Part shown: in pieces, positions 27,591 to 37,163 of the stretch
How the letters are laid out: each line of letters starts with the position of its first letter
Numbering within the stretch: the stretch's first letter is position 1
Origin: Candidatus Latescibacterota bacterium
GTDB taxonomy: Bacteria; Latescibacterota; UBA2968; UBA8231
Direction of reading: 5' to 3'
Length of the DNA stretch: 64,000 bases
NCBI GenBank assembly: GCA_965261395.1
Contig: OZ253462.1
Coordinates: 5,888,001-5,952,000 of the forward strand
Notes under the pieces: model-generated
What the model was told of the DNA's origin: nothing
What the model saw: only the letters and a program-made list of their open reading frames with translations
Database searches by the model: none
Program-made: the position numbers and the translations under genes

Positions 27591-28444
27591 CGCTCTCTTC
27601 GATCTCCGCGGCGGTTCGCCGCCATCCCCAGCTAACAGCCGGCTTAATCGTCGTCTTCGTGGTGCTTGCTTTTGGTCCTGTGGGCACCCTGTTCGTCGAT
27701 ACGGATCTGGCCCGTGTCGGCTCGGCAGAACCCAATCTGTCGCCGTCGCTGGAGCACCTTCTCGGTACTGATGCGGCGGGGCGGGATCTGCTCGCGGTGA
27801 TGGTGGCGGGTACGCCGCTTACGCTTAGGATCGGCTTCCTCGCCGGTGCCGTTGGTCTCGGCATTGGCATCATCCTCGGCTTTCTCGCTGGGTACTTCGG
27901 CGGCTTGGTGGACACCCTGATTCGGGGTGCTGCCGACGTACTGCTGACCGTACCCGGCCTGCTGTTCCTCGTGGTGTTGGCGACCTCTCTGCGCACGGCC
28001 GTTACGGTCGATATGATGGCCTTGGTGGTGGCCTCGCTGGCGTGGATGCTACCGACGCGCACGATCCGCGCGCAGGTGTTGTCGATGCGCGAGCGCGCCT
28101 ATGTGCAGGTGGCGCGGCTCTCCGGCATGAGGGACTTGGAGATCATCGCCCGCGAGTTGCTGCCGAATCTGCTGCCCTATCTGGCGGCCAGCTTTGTCAG
28201 CGCCGTGGGTGCCGCGGTGCTGGCCTCGATTGGACTGGAAGCGCTGGGTTTGGGGCCGCAGAACGAGCCTACGCTCGGGATGACGATCTACTGGGCTTTG
28301 TACTACACCTCGCTGCTGAGGGGAATGTGGTGGTGGTGGGCGCCGCCGATAGTGATGATCGTGCTGATTTTCATCGGCTTGTTCCTCGTCTCCATGGGAT
28401 TGGATCGCATCGCCAATCCGCGCATATGGAAGGTCTCGTCGTGA
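27587..28444 (+). CDS. ABC permease (OppC-like)
   Basis: PSLEHLLGTDAAGRDL, AYVQVARLSG, ELLPNL; ATGA overlap with upstream stop. Confidence 0.88.
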   Translation: MTLSSISAAVRRHPQLTAGLIVVFVVLAFGPVGTLFVDTDLARVGSAEPNLSPSLEHLLGTDAAGRDLLAVMVAGTPLTLRIGFLAGAVGLGIGIILGFLAGYFGGLVDTLIRGAADVLLTVPGLLFLVVLATSLRTAVTVDMMALVVASLAWMLPTRTIRAQVLSMRERAYVQVARLSGMRDLEIIARELLPNLLPYLAASFVSAVGAAVLASIGLEALGLGPQNEPTLGMTIYWALYYTSLLRGMWWWWAPPIVMIVLIFIGLFLVSMGLDRIANPRIWKVSS

Positions 28445-29424
28445 ACGCCGAGAGCAAGAGTCGCGTGGTGCTGCGGGTGCAGGACCTGCGCGTCCACTAC
28501 CACACTTCGCGGGGACCGGTGCGGGCCGTGGAGGGCGTCGGCTTTGAGTTGCGGGCGGGAGAGCGGTTGGGCTTGGTGGGCGAGTCTGGCTCGGGCAAAT
28601 CGACGACGGCCATGGCCCTGCTGCGACTGATCCGGCCGCCCGGGCGGATCGAAACGGGTCGGGTCGATCTCGACGAACTGGAGTTGTTGGCGCTGTCAGA
28701 CGAGCAGATGCGGAGCGTGCGCTTTTCGCGCATTTCCCTGATCCCCCAAGGCGTGATGAACTCGCTCAATCCGGTGATGCGGGTGGGCGCGCAGATCGCC
28801 GACACGATTGAGGCGCACGAGGAGCGGCCGGACCGCGAGGCCCTGCAGGAGCGGGTGCGGAACCTGCTGGCGTTGGTCGAGCTGGACCCGGCGACGGCGC
28901 GCATGTACCCCCATGAACTCAGCGGTGGGATGAAGCAGCGCATTGGCATGGCCATTGCCGTGGCCTTGCGTCCCCAAGTGATCGTCGCCGACGAACCGAC
29001 CAGCGCTCTGGATGTGGTGGTGCAAAAGCGGGTGATGGACACCTTGTTCCGCGTGCAGGAGGAACTCGACGCCGCGGTGATTTTGGTGGGTCACGACATG
29101 GGTCTGATGGCCCAGTGCGTGGACCGCATCGGCGTGATGTACGCTGGTCGGCTGGTCGAACTGGGGCCGGTGCAGAGCCTGCTCGACGAGCCGCTGCATC
29201 CGTACACGCGCATGTTGGTAGAAAGCCTGCCGTCGCTGGAGCGCAAGGGAGTGTTCCGCGGCATTCCTGGACTGCCGCCCTCGCTGCTGGAGCCGCCGCC
29301 GGGATGCCCCTTCCACCCGCGCTGTCCGCAGGTGATGGATCGCTGTTCGGCCCGCGTGCCAGAGTTGGAATTGGTGGCTGCCGAGCGCCGGGCGGCCTGT
29401 TACCTGCACACTGAGGTCTCGTGA
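28441..29424 (+). CDS. ABC ATP-binding protein (OppD-like)
   Basis: GESGSGKST, YPHELSGGMKQR, ADEPTSALD, GCPFHPRC. Confidence 0.92.
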   Translation: MNAESKSRVVLRVQDLRVHYHTSRGPVRAVEGVGFELRAGERLGLVGESGSGKSTTAMALLRLIRPPGRIETGRVDLDELELLALSDEQMRSVRFSRISLIPQGVMNSLNPVMRVGAQIADTIEAHEERPDREALQERVRNLLALVELDPATARMYPHELSGGMKQRIGMAIAVALRPQVIVADEPTSALDVVVQKRVMDTLFRVQEELDAAVILVGHDMGLMAQCVDRIGVMYAGRLVELGPVQSLLDEPLHPYTRMLVESLPSLERKGVFRGIPGLPPSLLEPPPGCPFHPRCPQVMDRCSARVPELELVAAERRAACYLHTEVS

Positions 29425-30479
29425 ACACGCCACTGCTCGAAGCGCGGGGCGCGAGCCGAGCCTTTGGCGGCGGCGTGTTCGACCGGCAGCGGATCGTCGC
29501 GGTTGCCGACGCCTCGCTGGTGATTCCGCAGGACGATCCGGTGGTGGTGGCCATTGCCGGCGAGAGCGGTAGCGGCAAGACCACCCTAGCGCGCCTGCTG
29601 CTGGGTATTTTGCCTCCCACCGATGGATCGGTGCGCTACCAAGGCACGGAACTACACGCGCTCGACGCCAAGGCAAGACAGACGTTTCGTCGGCAGGTAC
29701 AGGCCGTGTTTCAGGATCCCTTTGAGGTGTTCAATCCGTTCTACCGAGTGGACCACACTCTGACGGTGCCGGTCGCCAAGTTCTTTCCAGAGCTGTCGCG
29801 CAGCGAGCGGCGGCAGCGGATTGAGGAGGGTTTGCAAGCGGTCGGTCTGCGCCCGGAGGAGACCCTCGGGCGTTATCCCCATCAGCTAAGCGGCGGTCAG
29901 CGCCAGCGCATTATGGTGGCGCGGGCGCTGCTGCTCGATCCGCGCGTGATCGTGGCCGACGAGCCAGTGTCGATGGTGGACGCCTCGTTGCGCGCTACCA
30001 TCTTGGAGACCTTGTCTCGCATCCATCGAGAGCGCGGCATCAGTCTGGTGTACATCACGCACGACCTGACTACGGCGTACCAGCTCAGCCACACCATTCT
30101 CGTCATGTACCAGGGTGCGGTGGTCGAGGTGGGCGGCGTGGAGCAGGTCATCAAGACACCGAAACACCCCTACACGCAGCTACTCGTGAGTTCCATCCCG
30201 CTGCCGGACGCAAAACGCCGCTGGGGTGAAGGCTCGGTTGATGTTGCACCTAGCAGCGCGGTGAAGTCGCCGACAGTGGAAGAGGGTGCAGAGATTCCGA
30301 GCACTACCGGCGGCTGCGCCTTTGCCGAGCGCTGTCCCCACGTCATGCCGCGCTGTCGCCAGCAGCGTCCGCCGCTGGTGCAGACCGATGCTGGCCGCGC
30401 TGCTGCCTGCTATCTCTACGAGGATGCCGCAGTGCTGTCGGAAGAACAGGTCGCTGGCTTGTCCTACGGAGGTGGGTGA
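29421..30479 (+). CDS. ABC ATP-binding protein (OppF-like)
   Basis: GESGSGKTT, YPHQLSGGQRQR, ADEPVSMVD. Confidence 0.92.
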   Translation: MNTPLLEARGASRAFGGGVFDRQRIVAVADASLVIPQDDPVVVAIAGESGSGKTTLARLLLGILPPTDGSVRYQGTELHALDAKARQTFRRQVQAVFQDPFEVFNPFYRVDHTLTVPVAKFFPELSRSERRQRIEEGLQAVGLRPEETLGRYPHQLSGGQRQRIMVARALLLDPRVIVADEPVSMVDASLRATILETLSRIHRERGISLVYITHDLTTAYQLSHTILVMYQGAVVEVGGVEQVIKTPKHPYTQLLVSSIPLPDAKRRWGEGSVDVAPSSAVKSPTVEEGAEIPSTTGGCAFAERCPHVMPRCRQQRPPLVQTDAGRAAACYLYEDAAVLSEEQVAGLSYGGG

Positions 30480-30482
30480 GCG

Positions 30483-32327
30483 ATGCAGAGAATGGGCTGG
30501 AGGCATTTGATTTCGTCCGTAGGGGCGACCGGCCGGTCGCCCCTACAGGTTGGGTCGCCCCTGCATGCCATCCTCGCGGCGTGTGCAATCTTGGCTAGCT
30601 GCGGGCCGGCGGTGGTGCTGGACGAGGTTCCCCGGGACCGCACCCTGATCTTGATGAATGGCGGGCCGAATCAGTATTCCCTGTTCGACAATCAGAACCC
30701 CTACATCCCCGGCTCCGATCAGGGATACCATATGGGCACGCTGCCGGCGATGTTCGAGCCGCTGATTATGTACAACGTGCTCACTGGGGAATACGAGAAC
30801 TGGCTGGCCGAGAGCTGGGAGTACAACGACAGCTTTACCGCGCTCACCGTGAAGATCCGCGCGGGCATTGAATGGGCGGACGGCGTCCCCTTCACGGCGC
30901 GCGACGTGGCTTTCACCTTTGACATGCTGCGCGATCACGCCACGTCCATGGTGCATCTGGCGGACCTGCCCGAGTTCTTCGACTCCATCGAGGTCGTTGA
31001 CGACCACACCGTGCGCTTGGTGCTGAAAAAGGCGGGGCCGGCGTTTTGGGCGACTACGCTGAGCAGCAACCACGGCATCTTCGTCTTGCCCGAGCACATC
31101 TGGAAGGACCAGGACCCGCTAGAGTTCACCTTCCACGACATTGATGGTGGCTTGCCCTTGGGTACGGGTCCCTATCGTCTTGTTCATGCTTCGCCGCACC
31201 AGAAAATCTACGATCTGCGCGAGGACTGGTGGGCGGCTAAGACGGGGTTCAAGCGTCTGCCGAGAATTCAGCGAATCATCTACGTGCCGCAGCAGGAGGA
31301 GAGCCAAGCCGCGCAACTGCTGCTGACCGATCAGCTCGACATGGCCCCCATCATGCAGGTGCTCACCCTCGAAAGCGTGTTAGAACGCAATGCGCGGGTG
31401 GTGACCTTCGCCGATCGGCAGCCGCCCTACGGCTACTTGGACTGGTGTCCCATCGACCTCAACATGAACTGCTCGGAGCCGCCCTTTGACGATCCACAGA
31501 TTCGCCGGGCGATCAGCATGGCCATCGACCGGGAGAAACTCGTCCAGCTAGCCGAGTCGGGGGCGGGCGTGGTCGCGCTGCATCCTTTCACGCCTTACGA
31601 ATGGTTCACGCCCTTTGACGAGGCCCTGCAGGAGATTCTCGCGCGGCACGGGTACGACTCCAAGCCGCACCTGCAAGAGGTGGACCGGATCATGGAGGGG
31701 AAAGGCTATCGCAAGGACGACGAGGGCTTATGGATCAGCTCGGAAGGCGAGCGCGTCGAGATCGCCCTGTACGTGCCGCAGTGGCTGCGGGCCTACGGTC
31801 CGCCGCTGACTCAACAACTGCGCGACGCTGGCTTTGATGCGAACTTCGACACCTCGCCCGGCCTGACCTCGCTCGTGCAGACGGGGGAGCAGAAGGTTTC
31901 CCTCGGCTGCAAGGGGCCGAGTGGGGTGCGCGGCATGGACCCCTATCTGATGCTGTCTTACTACACCTCGCAGTACTTCCGGCCCACGGGGCAGCCGGCA
32001 CCGCTGTGGTCCACCATCTCGCGCTGGCGCAACGAGGAGTTCGACCGCATTGTCGAGCGCATCGCGCCCCTACAGGTTGGCGACGAGGAACTGTTGGAGC
32101 TATTCGGCGAGGCCATGGAGATATGGGTGGGGGAGTTGCCTGACATTTTCCTAGCGCAGCTAATTATCCGCTATCCTTGTAACACCACCCGCTGGACCGG
32201 CTGGCCGAGTCAGCAAGACCCTTATGGGTTCCCGCATTCTTGGCAGTGGGAGCTGTTGAAGACCTTTATCCGGCTGGAGCCGGCGCAGGCCGTCGGTAAC
32301 GGGGTAACGGTTCGAAACGAGGGGTAG
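30483..32327 (+). CDS. ABC substrate-binding lipoprotein, family 5
   Basis: Lipobox ILASC; WADGVPFTARDVAFTF; GTGPY; PFDDPQIRRAISMAIDR. Confidence 0.88.
   Translation: MQRMGWRHLISSVGATGRSPLQVGSPLHAILAACAILASCGPAVVLDEVPRDRTLILMNGGPNQYSLFDNQNPYIPGSDQGYHMGTLPAMFEPLIMYNVLTGEYENWLAESWEYNDSFTALTVKIRAGIEWADGVPFTARDVAFTFDMLRDHATSMVHLADLPEFFDSIEVVDDHTVRLVLKKAGPAFWATTLSSNHGIFVLPEHIWKDQDPLEFTFHDIDGGLPLGTGPYRLVHASPHQKIYDLREDWWAAKTGFKRLPRIQRIIYVPQQEESQAAQLLLTDQLDMAPIMQVLTLESVLERNARVVTFADRQPPYGYLDWCPIDLNMNCSEPPFDDPQIRRAISMAIDREKLVQLAESGAGVVALHPFTPYEWFTPFDEALQEILARHGYDSKPHLQEVDRIMEGKGYRKDDEGLWISSEGERVEIALYVPQWLRAYGPPLTQQLRDAGFDANFDTSPGLTSLVQTGEQKVSLGCKGPSGVRGMDPYLMLSYYTSQYFRPTGQPAPLWSTISRWRNEEFDRIVERIAPLQVGDEELLELFGEAMEIWVGELPDIFLAQLIIRYPCNTTRWTGWPSQQDPYGFPHSWQWELLKTFIRLEPAQAVGNGVTVRNEG
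30519..30546. repeat. GTAG-type REP-like perfect palindrome
   Basis: GTAGGGGCGACCGGCCGGTCGCCCCTAC is its own reverse complement; a partial second half-site follows at ~30552-30565. Confidence 0.8.
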
Positions 32328-32330
32328 GCT

Positions 32331-34448
32331 ATGGACGCTTCGATCACCGATACCAAAGCGTATAGGGACGCGACCGAGGGTGGCGATGTCCGCCTGCTGC
32401 TGAATGGCGAGTGGGAGTTTGCCGAAGGCCCCGATGGCGACCCGCCGACCGACGGCTGGGAGCGCGTGCGAGTGCCGCATCGTTCGCGCGAGTTTGAAGA
32501 CGATCCGCCCGAGTCCGGCTGGTACCGCACGGAACTGCGCCTGCCCGAAGGCTGGGACGCAGCCGGGCGCATCGTCCTCGACCTCGGGAGGGTCCGCCAC
32601 TTTGGGCGCGCTTATCTCGACGGTGAAGTGCTCGGCGAACACTATGGTATGCGCTTGCCTTGGCGCATTGATCTGATTTCCAGCATCCGCTCGGGGCGCG
32701 AGCACCGGCTCGATGTGTTTACCCACAACTGTAGCGGCCACTATTCGCATCCCGATGCCTCACGCCTGAGCGAAGAGGCGGAAAAAGCCCTCGACACTCG
32801 TTTCTGGTACACGAGCGCCGCCACCGTTGGCATGGAGTCGGATGTGTGGCTGAGTTGGGAGTCGCGGGTGCGGGTCGAAGATGTGCAAATCGTCACGTCG
32901 GTGCGGGAACGCGAAATCCGCGTCGGGTTGACCGTCCGCAACGACGCTGAGGAAGGGTTTCACGGCACCGTTCGTCTCCGGGTGCGCCGCGCGGGCGAGA
33001 CCGAGTTGGAACTCGCAGGCTGCGATCTCGATCTGGCACCGGGGGAGAGCCGTCGCCTAGAGACCGCAGCGCCTTGGCGCGATGCCGTGCTCTGGGGCCG
33101 CCCGCCGTACGGGGAGCCGGTGTTGTACTTCCTCGAAAGTTCGTTGCATTCGGCAGGTCGTGCCGTGCATACCGCCGTGACCCGCTTCGGCTTCCGCGAG
33201 ATCTGGAGCGAGGGGAATCGGCTGCTGCTCAACGGCACTCAGCTAATGCCTTGGGGTGACCACACAGTGCCGTACGTGTACGAGCGCCAGTGGCTGACGC
33301 GGAAGTTCGTCGATCTGGCCGACGCCAACGTCAGCATTGTCGAGCACCACCGCTACGACCCGCCGCCGGTGTTTTACGACGTGGCCGACGAGCTTGGCGT
33401 GTTCGTGGTGGGGGCCAACTTTTGCGTTGGTACGGGACAGGTGTACACGCCAGCGATGGACGCTCGGGAGAAGGTGCTGGTAACGGAGTACCAGCTAGCA
33501 GTGGCCGATCACTGGATTCGCTCGGCCCGCAACCACCCGTCGATCCTGTTCTGGGACATCACGGACGCGAGAGATCCCGAATACTGCGTGCCCTTGCTGC
33601 GCAAGGTGAAGGAGCTCGACGACAGCCGCATTGCCGAAGTCACCTTTGATCCGTCGGTGGCCACGGACGAGCTGATCGAGCTGATTGATTGCTATCGGCT
33701 GTTTAGCGGCTTGGAGAACATTGAGGAGAGCATTGACGAGATCCGCAGCGGGCTCCCGGTGAAGCCGATCCGGGTCGGCGAGGCGGGTATCTTCGCGGGG
33801 GCCTCTTGGGGAGAGCAAGAGGAGCCGCCGCTGGCGGAAGGCTGGTGGGAATTTTTGACCTCAATGCCGGAGCGCAACGTACACGGGCTACAGACGTTTC
33901 ACCTCGCCGACATGGACTATCGCGGCTTCACCGACCAAGTGCCGGGGATGCTGGCTGGACCGCTCGACGTGGAGGTCACGTGGCCGTCGCAGTCGGGAGC
34001 GGACGCCCGCATCGATCCTTTCGGCGCGGGGACGCTGGCGGCGCGGGGCAAGCATCGGCTGTGTCTCAACTGGTGCGATCCGCAGCAGCCGGTCTCTCGT
34101 CCAACGGCGACGACAGAGTGGTCACAGGAGTTGTTCCGCCAGCTTGCCGGGCGGGATGTGGGACCGCTGGCCCACGAGCGATTGGCGGAGGTGCTGGTGC
34201 GGGTGATGTGCGACGGTCGCCCGGTCGCCCGCGCCTGCGTGTTCGTGAGTCCGTTGGCCGGGCAAGCGGTCCTGCCCTATGCCGTGCGGGCCGATTTGGC
34301 GGGCACATCGTGGTTCGCGTTACCCGAAGCGGGTGCGTACCGCTTTACTTGTCAGGGCGCAAGCGTGGATGTCGAGAGTCGGCGGCAGCCGATCCGAGCG
34401 CCGGGCGGATACGACCACGTTCAGTCGGTGACGCTGCATTTGCCTTAG
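32331..34448 (+). CDS. Glycoside hydrolase family 2-like protein
   Basis: LNGEWEF, GWYRTEL, TRFGFREI, YDVADELGVFV, RNHPSILFW, PIRVGE. Confidence 0.8.
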   Translation: MDASITDTKAYRDATEGGDVRLLLNGEWEFAEGPDGDPPTDGWERVRVPHRSREFEDDPPESGWYRTELRLPEGWDAAGRIVLDLGRVRHFGRAYLDGEVLGEHYGMRLPWRIDLISSIRSGREHRLDVFTHNCSGHYSHPDASRLSEEAEKALDTRFWYTSAATVGMESDVWLSWESRVRVEDVQIVTSVREREIRVGLTVRNDAEEGFHGTVRLRVRRAGETELELAGCDLDLAPGESRRLETAAPWRDAVLWGRPPYGEPVLYFLESSLHSAGRAVHTAVTRFGFREIWSEGNRLLLNGTQLMPWGDHTVPYVYERQWLTRKFVDLADANVSIVEHHRYDPPPVFYDVADELGVFVVGANFCVGTGQVYTPAMDAREKVLVTEYQLAVADHWIRSARNHPSILFWDITDARDPEYCVPLLRKVKELDDSRIAEVTFDPSVATDELIELIDCYRLFSGLENIEESIDEIRSGLPVKPIRVGEAGIFAGASWGEQEEPPLAEGWWEFLTSMPERNVHGLQTFHLADMDYRGFTDQVPGMLAGPLDVEVTWPSQSGADARIDPFGAGTLAARGKHRLCLNWCDPQQPVSRPTATTEWSQELFRQLAGRDVGPLAHERLAEVLVRVMCDGRPVARACVFVSPLAGQAVLPYAVRADLAGTSWFALPEAGAYRFTCQGASVDVESRRQPIRAPGGYDHVQSVTLHLP

Positions 34449-34470
34449 GTCCCTTAAATCGGAGAAAGAT

Positions 34471-35916
34471 ATGCCAGACGCTCGCCCCAATATCCTGCTC
34501 ATTATGACCGACCAGCAGCGCGGCGACTGCATGGGGCTCGATCCGCACAGTCCCTCGTGTTTGCAAACACCCAATCTCGATTGGCTGGCCCGCACCGGCA
34601 CGCACTTTCACCACGGCTATTCCGAATGTCCCAGTTGCATTCCCGCTCGCCGCTGTCTGATGACCGGCACGGCGCCCGCGGCTAATGGGGTCGTTGGATT
34701 CAGAGGCGCTCCCTGGGATCCGCCGCACACTTTGGCCGGCGAACTGTCCAAGGCAGGTTATCAGACGGAGATGGTCGGCAAACTCCACTTAACCCCCCAT
34801 CGCAAGCGCTACGGCTTTGACCACATGCAACTAGCCGATGGCACCCGGGGCGCGGACAACGACTATGTCGAATGGCTGCAACAATACCACGGCCGCAATG
34901 AAGTAGATCCCGGCATGGCCCACGGCATTGCCGCCAACGGCTGGGTTGGTCGCCCGCACCATTTGCCGGAAGAACAGATGCATACTTTTTGGTGTGTTGA
35001 TCGGGCTATGGATTTTCTGCGCAAACGCGATCCGTCGGCCCCATTTTTTCTCAATCTTTCCTTTATCGATCCCCATCCCCCGCTCGTGCCACCCGCCCCT
35101 TATTACGACCGCTATATTCACCGCAGTTTGCCCGATCCAAGTGTCGGCGACTGGGCACCCGCATTCGATGGCCCCGAAAAAGGTCTCAATCCCAATGGGT
35201 GGGAAATTCGTCTCAACGAACACGACATGCGCTGTTGTCGCGCGGCCTATTACGGCATGATCAACTTTATAGACGACCAGATCGGCCGCCTCATCCAGTT
35301 TACCGGGGGTCTCAACAACTGCTTAGTCATCTTCACCTCCGACCACGGCGAAATGCTGGGCGACCACAACCTCTTCCGCAAAACCTGGCCTTATGAAGCT
35401 TCGGCGCGAGTTCCATTTTTCATGCGCGCGCCAAAAAATTGGGACTATCCCGAAGAAGTCATTGGCAAAAGCCCCGTCGGCATCCAGGACATCATGCCCA
35501 CCATCCTCAATGCAGCCGGCGTCGACATTCCCGATACCTGCACGGGCAAAAGCCTTCTGCCCGTCATGCAGGGCGATGCCGACGGCGTCAGGGAATTTCT
35601 CCACGGAGAACACGCTGGTTGTTACGCCCGCGACCACGGCAACCACTATGTCACCGATGGGCACTGCAAGTACATCTGGTATTCGCAAACGGGCCAAGAA
35701 CACCTTTTCGATTTGGACGAAGATCCGCAGGAAATGCGCGACTTGTCTCGCGCTCCCGACGCTGAAATTAGGATGCAGCCCTGGCGAAATCGCCTCAGCG
35801 AAATCCTCAAAGACCGACCGGAAGGTTTTGCGGATGGCACGCGCTTAATCCCCGGCCAACCCCATGACGCACTCTTGCCAGACTACGATCCAGAAGCGAC
35901 CTATCCCTATCTATGA
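34471..35916 (+). CDS. Sulfatase (Cys-type, formylglycine-dependent)
   Basis: PNILLIMTDQQR, CIPAR (CxPxR), GKLH, FTSDHGEMLGDH. Confidence 0.93.
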   Translation: MPDARPNILLIMTDQQRGDCMGLDPHSPSCLQTPNLDWLARTGTHFHHGYSECPSCIPARRCLMTGTAPAANGVVGFRGAPWDPPHTLAGELSKAGYQTEMVGKLHLTPHRKRYGFDHMQLADGTRGADNDYVEWLQQYHGRNEVDPGMAHGIAANGWVGRPHHLPEEQMHTFWCVDRAMDFLRKRDPSAPFFLNLSFIDPHPPLVPPAPYYDRYIHRSLPDPSVGDWAPAFDGPEKGLNPNGWEIRLNEHDMRCCRAAYYGMINFIDDQIGRLIQFTGGLNNCLVIFTSDHGEMLGDHNLFRKTWPYEASARVPFFMRAPKNWDYPEEVIGKSPVGIQDIMPTILNAAGVDIPDTCTGKSLLPVMQGDADGVREFLHGEHAGCYARDHGNHYVTDGHCKYIWYSQTGQEHLFDLDEDPQEMRDLSRAPDAEIRMQPWRNRLSEILKDRPEGFADGTRLIPGQPHDALLPDYDPEATYPYL

Positions 35917-35953
35917 GCTAAGTGCGCGACAGCTTGGGACGGGTTCGAGGAGG

Positions 35954-37132
35954 TCACCAAGGCAACTCTCTCAAGGCGTCGGTTTCCAGTGTGAGTTGCT
36001 CGTGGCCGTCTGCGGTGATGACGTGGACGTTCTCCCACAGATACTGCACAGTACCCCATTGTACCCCTGGTTCGGTGCTGATCACCATGCCCTCTTGTAG
36101 CACTGTGTGATCCTCTGGGCATATGCTCGGTGGCTCCGTCACCAGTAGGCCCTGCCCGTGCCCCATGCGGGCGCTCGGCAGTTGTTCCAAGGCACCGAGT
36201 TCAGCTCGGGTTTCAGCGATGGCCTCAACGCCTATCTGGTATAAATCGGAACACCGAACTCCGGGTCCGAGTGCCTGCGCCATCTTTTCGTCCACGCGTA
36301 AGGCGGCTTGGTAGATACGCCGTTGCTCGGACGTGGCCGGTCCCAAGGTGGCCATGCGGGGATAGTCGATGGTGTACATCCCGACGTAAGCCCCGGTGTC
36401 CACGGCCAGGACCATGCCTTTCTCAAGAGGACGGTCGTAGTGGAACGGGTTGCCGGCCCCGGGAATGCCGAGTTGCAAAATGACGTAAGCTGTCCGGTCG
36501 CCGCCCTCCTCTAGGATCAATTGCCGGGTGAGACGGGCCACCTGCCTTTCCGTCATGCCGGGTTCCACTTGGTCGAAGAGCCGTTGTCGAGCCCGGCCGG
36601 TAATGGCCGCGGCTTGGAGCATGTAGGCTAGTTCCTCGCTGGATTTTACCATCCTGAGTCCGATCAAGATGTCGGCGGAATCGACGAATTCAACGTCGGG
36701 AAGGGCCTCCACTAGGGCGTTATAGGTCCGCACGGGTATGCCCATTCGCTGCTCCTGGCCCAGTTCTGCCCCTATGCGCTTGTTTTCAAGACCAGCGTCC
36801 TGCAGCGCTTGCAGGACGATCTGATGGGGGAAGTCGAGAATGTTGGTATAATCCCGCAGATCGGCTATATAGGAGCCCAGCGCGAGGTTGGCCCTTCCCT
36901 GGGTGACGATGATGGGGGCTCTCTCTAGCGGCAGGATAAAGAGAGATGGCCGGGTGAGGGAGTAGTGCAGCGCGATGCTGGCGGTCGTGCCCGCCAGATA
37001 CTGGAAGTTCTCCTCGCCGGACACCAAGAGGGCGTCGATCCCCCGGTGGGCCATCATAGTTCGAGCCCGGGAATAGCGCGTCTCCATCTCCCGGCGGGAA
37101 AACAAGGCGTATTCGAGGTGCTCTGCCGTCAT
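35954..37132 (-). CDS. M24 family (Xaa-Pro-like) metallopeptidase
   Basis: Creatinase-like N-domain, LRMVKSSEE, D..D (VDTG/TIDYPR), GHGQGL, STEPG, WEN. Confidence 0.85.
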   Translation of the reverse strand: MTAEHLEYALFSRREMETRYSRARTMMAHRGIDALLVSGEENFQYLAGTTASIALHYSLTRPSLFILPLERAPIIVTQGRANLALGSYIADLRDYTNILDFPHQIVLQALQDAGLENKRIGAELGQEQRMGIPVRTYNALVEALPDVEFVDSADILIGLRMVKSSEELAYMLQAAAITGRARQRLFDQVEPGMTERQVARLTRQLILEEGGDRTAYVILQLGIPGAGNPFHYDRPLEKGMVLAVDTGAYVGMYTIDYPRMATLGPATSEQRRIYQAALRVDEKMAQALGPGVRCSDLYQIGVEAIAETRAELGALEQLPSARMGHGQGLLVTEPPSICPEDHTVLQEGMVISTEPGVQWGTVQYLWENVHVITADGHEQLTLETDALRELPW

Positions 37133-37163
37133 TGATCGTCCTCCTCGCTAGTGCCAACCACCT

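Noticed and set aside
24482-29676. Long opposite-strand ORFs (24482-25408, 25370-26008, 28696-29676)
   Set aside because: High-GC antisense shadows of well-supported PhyH, enolase and ABC genes.
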